From Eledone cirrhosa (Eukaryota), in assembly GCA_964016885.1 (NCBI GenBank), contig OZ024744.1:122574001-122638000 (forward strand): a stretch of DNA of 64,000 nt. Direction: 5' to 3'. The position numbers and the translations under genes were made by a program. Under the pieces are notes generated by a model. That model was not told the origin of the DNA and made no database searches. It worked only from the letters and a program-made list of their open reading frames with translations. Shown piece after piece: positions 58,376 through 64,000 of the stretch; within the stretch, counting starts at the first letter, position 1; each line of letters opens with the position of its first letter.

Positions 58376-59160
58376 ATCATCATCACCGTTTCATGTCTAT
58401 TCTTCCATGCTAGCATGGGTTAGATGGGTTGTTCTGTTGTGGGCAATGTTAGGTCGGCTGACCTTGTCTCGCTCATATGGAAACTGATTTGGGCTTGATT
58501 TCTACAGCTGGATACGGTTCCTACTGCCAACCTTATTTACAGTGTGGACTGGTACTTTTTGTCGTGACACCTACATGACCACTTTGCAGTGGGAGGGTGT
58601 GGGGGCATATTGTCTATATGCTTCAGCTTTGGCTTGTACCCGTGGGAAGTTGTGTCTTCTGTATTACTGTGTGATGCCAGACGTCTCGGTCCTGTGTCAT
58701 CACCTTTGAGAGGTGTAATTGGGTAAGGTCAGCTTTTATCACCTCATCTCAAGTCTTCTTTTATCTCCCCACTCCGCGGTTTCCATCGACTTCTAGTGGT
58801 CTGCACCTTTTTATGCAGCTGTGATCCTTCATACCCATCACATGTCCATACCAACGCAACCGCCTCTCCTGCACACAGCATTTGATTCCTGTTATGCTCA
58901 GTCTCTCTCTCAATTCATTTATGCTTTGCCGTTTGCATATATTACTATTACACATCCATCGGAGCATGCAAGCTTCGTTTCTTTCTAATCTACACAAGTC
59001 TTCTACAGACAGCGCCCAGGTCTCACTACCATGTAACATTGCTGTTCATATACACGCATCATACAGTCTCCCTTTCATATTGAGGGAAAAACCTTCTGAA
59101 GCTAGCAGTGGTAGAAGCTCCCTGAACTTCTTCCATCCCGTTCTTACCCTGGTTACTGCA
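58376..59160 (-). mobile_element. 5'-truncated, degenerate RTE-clade LINE (C-terminal ORF part plus 3' UTR and (ATG)n tail)
   Basis: ORF 58761-59039 LHGSETWAL...LERNEACMLRWMC...ELRERL...VQERRLRWYGHVM is the typical post-RT region of RTE elements. The upstream frame RVRTGWKKFRELLPLL continues it through a stop codon. Tail CCCATGCTAGCATGGAA...CGGTGATGATGATG ends at 58376. Confidence 0.88.
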
Positions 59161-59520
59161 CATCATCATCATCATCATCGTTTAATGTCCATCTTCCACG
59201 CTAGCATGGGTTAGACAGTTTTGTTCCATTTGATGTGGGAATGGTCAGGGACCATGTCTCGCTCGCACAGAAGTGTCTCTGGCAGGTTTTTTACACCTGG
59301 ATGCCCTTCCTAACACCAACCACATTTACAGTGTGAACTGGGAGCCTTTTTACTGTGTCACCTATACGACCCACCTTACAGTGTGGACTGTTGTGTCATC
59401 GACACAGTGGACAGAACAGAAAAAGGAGGATGGGGTAGGGCGTGGCTGTGGGGTGTACATTGGGTTAAGAGGTGCCTACTGACTGTAGGTTTGTATGCAA
59501 TGGCAGTCAGGTCTTCTGTA
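59161..59520 (-). mobile_element. Second RTE 3' UTR remnant with (ATG)n tail
   Basis: catcatcatcatcatcatcgtttaatgtccatcttccacgctagcatgggttagac and the following ~200 bp parallel 58376-58600 (ctggatgcccttcctaacaccaacc...tttacagtgtg). The right boundary is approximate. Confidence 0.75.
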
Positions 59521-59744
59521 CAAGTACTTGGAATTGAAAAGTTATACACACAGGTATTAAATTAAAAAAAAATCTATCCATCCTCATGTTACGTCCATTT
59601 TCTACACTGGTATTGGTTGGACATGTTGTCACAATCCGACACCAGACATTTTGGAGTGACCATTTTTAGCTCATACATTACATATGATGGTATGATTTCT
59701 ATGGCTGTCTCCCCCCCCCTCCTCCATTACCTCCCCTTTCTTAC

Positions 59745-59833
59745 CTGTCCTTGTAGGTCAGCATTTATCGCCATCCGTCCATCTTTAGTAATCACTTTAC
59801 CATTTTCATCAATGATAATCAATGTAGGAATAC
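59745..59833 (-). CDS. NXN: Nucleoredoxin exon (second visible), 89 bp: (G)IPTLIIIDENGKVITKDGRMAINADLQGQ
   Basis: Acceptor tttaatctattgcAG|GTATT, donor GGACAG|GTAAGA. The phase 1 start completes the split Gly codon from the upstream exon. GIPTL (cis-Pro loop) and G.VIT..GR are nucleoredoxin/tryparedoxin-like thioredoxin motifs. Absent from the ORF track. Confidence 0.93.
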
Positions 59834-59878
59834 CTGCAATAGATTAAATAAATCAGTAACTATTATTATTATTATTAT

Positions 59879-60580
59879 TGTGGTAGATTGGCAGTAATGA
59901 GTAGAGCGTCAGACACCTTGGTTTATGGCATAGAGTTACGCCCCTTTACGAACTGAGTTCAAATCCTTCTGAGGTTAACTTTACCTTTCATCAGAGTCAA
60001 TAAAATAATCTATCTAATCTGGCCGAGTTTACACTCGCAAACAGGAAGAACCAGGGCCGACCCTAGGAGCATTGGATTTGATGTACTTCATATTTGTTTC
60101 AGTTGCTGAATACAATCAGGGGTCACTGCTTCTCCTGAAGGTCAATAGTTCCCTTCTAACTCAAGCGGGAGTGCCTTTCCATTGATCATCTGCAAAGCTG
60201 CATTGTTCTCAGAGCCACTACACCAGTCTTTCGATGCATGCAGCTGGAACTACTGCCACCCATTAATTTGGCAGGATTTTTTTTATTTTAGATGGCTGTT
60301 GACTCTTATGAGTTATTCCACCCTTTGTCAGGTTTTGTTTTTGTCCTGTAGGGTGTCCAAAATCACCCTCCTCACCAATTAAACTTGGTGGGGTTGCCGG
60401 TTTAGTCGCCGACAACCCGACCATTCGACAGGTTGTACTGGGTTACATGCTACCAGTAGCACTCGAGTGTGACCTGGCATAAAATAAAATAAAGTACCAG
60501 TAATGCAGTGGGATCGATTTAATCGACTTTCCCCTACCCCAAAATTACTGGCCCAGTGCCTATAATAGAAATCATTATTA
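59879..60580 (+). mobile_element. Older tRNA-SINE split by a later insertion (5' part ~59879-60008, 3' part ~60479-60580)
   Basis: 5' part tggtagattggcagtaatgagtagagcgtcagac...gagttcaaatcc...tttacctttcatc...ataaaataa. It resumes as ataaaataaaataaagtaccagtaatgcagtgggatcgatttaatcgac...atagaaatcattattatt. Confidence 0.8.
60009..60478 (-). mobile_element. ~470-bp non-autonomous retroelement (probably RTE-derived) inserted into the SINE
   Basis: Flanked by the direct repeat ATAAAATAA (60000-60008 and 60479-60487). The minus-strand 3' end has hairpin CGAGT-GTAA-ACTCG followed by the tail AGATTAGATAGA. The 5' region has hairpin GGGTTGTCGG-CGACTAAA-CCGGCAACCC-CACC, reminiscent of RTE 5' UTRs. Confidence 0.6.
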
Positions 60581-60602
60581 TTATCATAATTATCCAGTAC
60601 AT

Positions 60603-60745
60603 TACTTTATTTTATCGACCCCGTAAGGATGAAAGGCAAAGTCGAGGTTAATTTTGCCATTCATCCTTACGGGGTTGATAAAATAAAGTACCAGTAATAC
60701 ACTGGGCAATTGCTGGCCTTGTGCCAAAAGTAGAAACAATTATTA
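60603..60745. mobile_element. Head-to-head SINE fragments forming a fold-back
   Basis: A minus fragment 60603-60643 (tactttattttatcgaccccgtaaggatgaaaggcaaagtc) is joined to a plus fragment 60644-60745 (gaggttaattttgccattcatccttacggggttgataaaataaagta...agtagaaacaatt). Confidence 0.8.
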
Positions 60746-60761
60746 TTATCATTATTAATCA

Positions 60762-60950
60762 TGGATTGGCAGTATCGGTAGAGGGTCGGACGCCGTGCTT
60801 TCCAGCATAGTTATGTCCCTTTACGATCCGAGTTCAAATCCTGCCGAGGTTGATTTTGCCTTTCATCCTTACGGGGTCGATAAAAAATAAAGTACCAGTA
60901 ATGCACTGGGTAATTGCTGGCCTTGTGCCTAAAGTAGAAACAATTATTAA
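60762..60950 (+). mobile_element. Near full-length tRNA-SINE, same short subfamily as the copies in the satellite
   Basis: tggattggcagtatcggtagagggtcggacgcc...gagttcaaatcc...aaagtagaaacaattattaat. About 8 substitutions and a 2-bp indel versus the array copies by eye. A further 5' stub (agggcggtggattggcagtatgggtagag) lies at ~60973-61001. Confidence 0.9.
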
Positions 60951-61175
60951 TCATCATCATATTCTGGCAGTGAGGGCGGTGGATTGGCAGTATGGGTAGA
61001 GTTTTAGTTGAATTTCTCTAATTATAACTTTGATATATATATATATATATATATAAAATCTACTCACCATAGAATATACATATATATAGTAATAATATGT
61101 GAAGACTAAAGAGGGCTCGATAGGGAATATATATATATATATATAAATATATATAAAACCCGTAGAGCAAATATT

Positions 61176-61300
61176 TATTAAAATAAGATTAAAGTTTAAG
61201 CAAAGAATTGCTACTTTCACCCTTAAAGGGATCTTCAGAAGATCCCGTTAAAGGTGAAAGCAACGATTCTTTGCTTAAACTTTAATATGTTATTTTAATA
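61176..61300. repeat. ~125-bp imperfect palindrome embedded between (TA)n tracts
   Basis: Arms tattaaaataa..attaaagtttaagcaaagaattgctactttcacccttaaagggatcttc and gaagatcccgttaaaggtgaaagcaacgattctttgcttaaactttaat..ttattttaata, separated by a 1-nt centre. Confidence 0.85.
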
Positions 61301-61332
61301 TATATATATATATACATAGTAAATCTACTCAC

Positions 61333-61537
61333 CATAGACATCATAGGCAGACTTGAGACAATGAGTTCGGGTATCATTGTAAGGTATTGCCAGCCACGGC
61401 ATTGTTCGGAAGTACTGTTCAAAGGAAACGTTACTGCGGTCAGATGAGACGAAGACGACTTCAAAGTTTCGTCCTTCAGATTTCAGTTTATCATACATGG
61501 CTGACAACACAGGCGTGAAATGTTTGCAGGGAGGACA
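61333..61537 (-). CDS. NXN: Nucleoredoxin exon (first visible), 205 bp, catalytic thioredoxin-like domain: CPPCKHFTPVLSAMYDKLKSEGRNFEVVFVSSDRSNVSFEQYFRTMPWLAIPYNDTRTHCLKSAYDVY+1 nt
   Basis: CPPC active site plus FEVVFVSSDRS...F..YF..MPWLAIPY signature of the nucleoredoxin/TryX family. Acceptor gtttttgttacAG|TGTCCT, donor TATG|GTGAGT. No upstream exon (expected to end ...HW) was found in the window. Confidence 0.95.
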
Positions 61538-61699
61538 CTGTAACAAAAACACATTTATTTAAGAGTGGCTAACTTAACATCAGGTTCATTTATCAAAGAA
61601 ATCAGTTAAAGTTTGGTTTTAAACGGAGTTCCAGTTGAAAGCACCCAGAGTTCAACTTTATCTATTAATTCCAAAAGAATAAAAGACAAATTACCAATC

Positions 61700-62240
61700 C
61701 AATGGTGGTTCGTCTTCACCCACTTATCCCTGAGAGCATCATGGGAGCAGAGTCCTCAAACACTCCTTCCAGTGGGTCCTGTCAGAAGCAACAGTAACCA
61801 ACTGATCCGGCTGGATCCCCAAGTGAGACCAGCCAAGCTCATGGATGTTATTCAACCATCTTGCTTGGTGTCTACACCTGGGTCTCCTGCCAGTTGGTTT
61901 TGCCTGTAAAATCTGTCCAGAGATTCTTTCCCGAGACATTCTAACCACATGTCATAGTATCAGAGCTGTGATCTCTCAATTCAGAGATTCTTTCCTGAGA
62001 CATTCTAACCACATGTCATAGTATCAGAGCTGTGATCTCTCAATTCAGAGATTCTTTCCTGAGACATTCTAACCACATGTCATAGTATCAGAGCTGTGAT
62101 CTCTCAATTCAGAGATTCTTTCCTGAGACATTCTAACCACATGTCATAGTATCAGAGCTGTGATCTCTCAATTTGGAGAAGTTGCAGCTCTGCTTGGAGT
62201 GACTCCCTGATCTCCGAGTTACACACTCTATCAAGTAACG
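61700..62240 (-). mobile_element. Degenerate RTE-like LINE 3' fragment
   Basis: ORF 61739-61948 VRMSRERISGQILQAKPTGRRPR.R...RWLNNI...LGI.......ASDR..W is the RTE C-terminal signature. The upstream frame has IERSQL-like sequence. Boundaries are approximate. Confidence 0.75.
61918..62173. repeat. 64-bp minisatellite x4, inside the RTE fragment
   Basis: cagagattctttcctgagacattctaaccacatgtcatagtatcagagctgtgatctctcaatt at 61918, 61982, 62046 and 62110. One substitution seen, in copy 1. Confidence 0.97.
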
Positions 62241-62350
62241 TTAATCAATGGTGGTTGATTGTTGCAATTGTTAAAGAATCAGTATCTGATTTGGATCAGT
62301 GTGTTCTCAGTTCAAATCCTACCTCCTATCAGGAATTATGAAATACAGAA

Positions 62351-62768
62351 AGTATCAACAATGGAAAGACCAATGGACACATTGTTTCCTTGGGCTGATC
62401 TGATGATCAGCTCCTTTCTTCTGCCAGGTGTTGTGACTGACAGATAGTATCAACAATAGAAAGACCAATGGACACATTGTTTCTTTGGTCTGATCTGATG
62501 ATCAGCTCCTTTCTTCTGTCAGGTGTTGTGACTGACAGATAGTATCAGTAATGGAAAGACCAATAGAAACATTGTTTGTTTCCTTGGTCTGATCTGATGA
62601 TCAGCTTCTTTCTTATGCCAGGAGTTGTGACTGACAGATAGTATCAACAATAGAAAGACCAATAGAGACATTGTTGCTTTGGTCTGATCTGATGATCAGC
62701 TCCTTTCTTCTGCCAGGAATTGTGACAGACAGATAGTATCAGTAATAGAAAGACCAATGGAAACATTG
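62351..62768. repeat. 95-bp tandem repeat x~4.3
   Basis: agtatcaacaatRgaaagaccaatRgacacattgtttc.ttggtctgatctgatgatcagctcctttcttctgccagg.gttgtgactgacagat starting at 62351, 62446, 62541, 62640 and 62735. Confidence 0.95.
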
Positions 62769-63366
62769 ACAGAGTTTCCTTGAATATTGAGGACCTAGGC
62801 TGCAGCCCATTAAGATCATATGTAACTCTGGTACTGCCTAGAAAGTTAAATATATTGTAATATATATTTATGGTAGGATGGCACTTCCTTCTCGACGATG
62901 ACGTCTTGGTTTGCAGCCCCTGTTGACTATATGAAAATCTGGTAATTGTTGGAGACAAAGCTAAGATTAAAATGAACTATTCAACATGGTTAAAATAAAA
63001 ATGGTTGAGAATTCAGGCATCCTTGGACAGCTGACCTCTTCCATAAAATTGCAGCAGTCCGTCTGAGGAAGGAGCACCGTAAGACGGAGTGGGTGATACA
63101 GCAGGTGTCGCTGGCTATTGTTCATGGGAATGTGTTTGTCCATCGGAGTCAGTCTAAACACCACTCTGACCTAGGTGTCACCCTGTCCCTTTCCCCTTTC
63201 TTTCTTCCTTTATGTACCAGTTCTTCCTCTTCCTCTCCTATATGACATTTATAGTTCTTTCCAACACTGCTCCCTGTTGTCAGTATGTTTAACCTATTTA
63301 TAGTTATATCAACATTAAATAAACATCAATGTTTATGTTTTGTACAACCATGCATCATAAATATTA

Positions 63367-64000
63367 ATGTTGCACGGTGCACCGTGCCACCCACATGCAG
63401 ATCTTCTCGGGGAACTTGATGCCACCATTCGATGCTGTGCGGAACACATCTGCAATCTCAGTTTCAACAGCATAGGCTGGCAAGAGGCAACACTCCCAGC
63501 CTCAGTCTCCGATCAACTTTACCTGGCTACCTCTCCTCTATCTCCTACTGTCAGCGAGGTTCTAAGCCAGAAAGCCGAACCTGACCTGGCACTCGCATCA
63601 GAGTGCCCTAACACCTTGGCCTCCGCGTGTGTGAGCCACACAAACGCCGCTGTAGGGCAGTTGTTGACAAGTTCAGCATACACTCATTGTCTTGCTGCCA
63701 GAGCGCAGGCCGGTTCCTCTCACACGCCGCTCTCAATGACATACTGAGAAGGAGCCTGGACACAGCTGGTTCCCATCACAATTGAAGCTAGAAAGCCTCG
63801 ACCGTGGAGACGGCAAGCGTTCCAACGGAATCACCCTCTTCCCATTCAAAGGAGGTAGATCCCTCATCTGGGATGCCACATGTTGCGACATGTTCTCCGC
63901 CCCCAACTTAGTCACTTCAGCCACAAACCCCGGCATCGTGGCCCGCCTCACAGAAGAACCTAAAATAAACAAATACCGGGGTTTTCTGGCCTCTTCGCAC
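63367..64000 (+). mobile_element. Degenerate CRE-like non-LTR retrotransposon fragment (restriction-like endonuclease type)
   Basis: Frameshifted pieces: LDATIR...ICNL......WQEATLP; remains of a Cys/His knuckle; HAALNDILRRSL; and LDRGDGKRSNGITLFPFKGGRSLIWDATCCD...ARLTEEPKINKY. The last matches the RLE motif (DGKRPDG..WD.T..D..E..K..KY) with PD decayed to SN. It runs off the window end. Confidence 0.75.

Noticed and set aside
58098-60382. Plus-strand ORFs 58098, 58882 (poly-His), 59273, 59383, 59617, 60182
   Set aside because: No recognisable domains. They are antisense to the RTE or NXN exon, or read through (CAT)n and TE sequence.
60957-61220. Minus ORF rich in IYIYIY
   Set aside because: Translation of (TA)n microsatellites.
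61325-61552. Stand-alone 75-aa thioredoxin ORF as called in the track
   Set aside because: The MFLLQ start and terminal E-stop are intronic. Canonical splice sites define an internal exon at 61333-61537.
62351-62768. Hammerhead ribozyme in the 95-bp repeat (CTGATGA and GAAA present)
   Set aside because: CTGATGA sits in its own hairpin (GCTGATC-TGAT-GATCAGC), GAAA is not adjacent to a closing stem II, and no stem I forms.
62768-63346. Possible solo LTR (TG...CA with AATAAA near the end)
   Set aside because: The terminal inverted repeats and TSD are imperfect, and no second copy is in the window. Not supportable.

Overview
Eukaryotic animal DNA, most likely a coleoid cephalopod (octopod-type tRNA-SINE and RTE tails, recognised from memory). 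Bases 1 to ~57,745 are one head-to-tail satellite array of about 690 copies of an 82-bp monomer (CACTTAACACCAATGACACTAAGACAGACTTTAACC[A/T]TGTGATGGACTGGTGTCCTGTCCAGGGGGAAGTCTTGTACTCTGT). The array is arranged in several domains of kilobase higher-order repeats. Its distal 11 kb carries seven co-amplified copies of a 191-bp tRNA-derived SINE in two alternating variants. The last 6.3 kb holds three phase-compatible minus-strand exons of a nucleoredoxin gene (CPPC thioredoxin domain onward). The last visible exon ends in a GT donor only ~150 bp from the array, so the >57-kb satellite appears to be intronic. The introns contain SINEs, RTE and CRE-type non-LTR fragments, palindromes and two small tandem repeats. 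All ORFs called in 1-57.7 kb are translations of the repeat and not genes. No prokaryotic-type system such as CRISPR is present.
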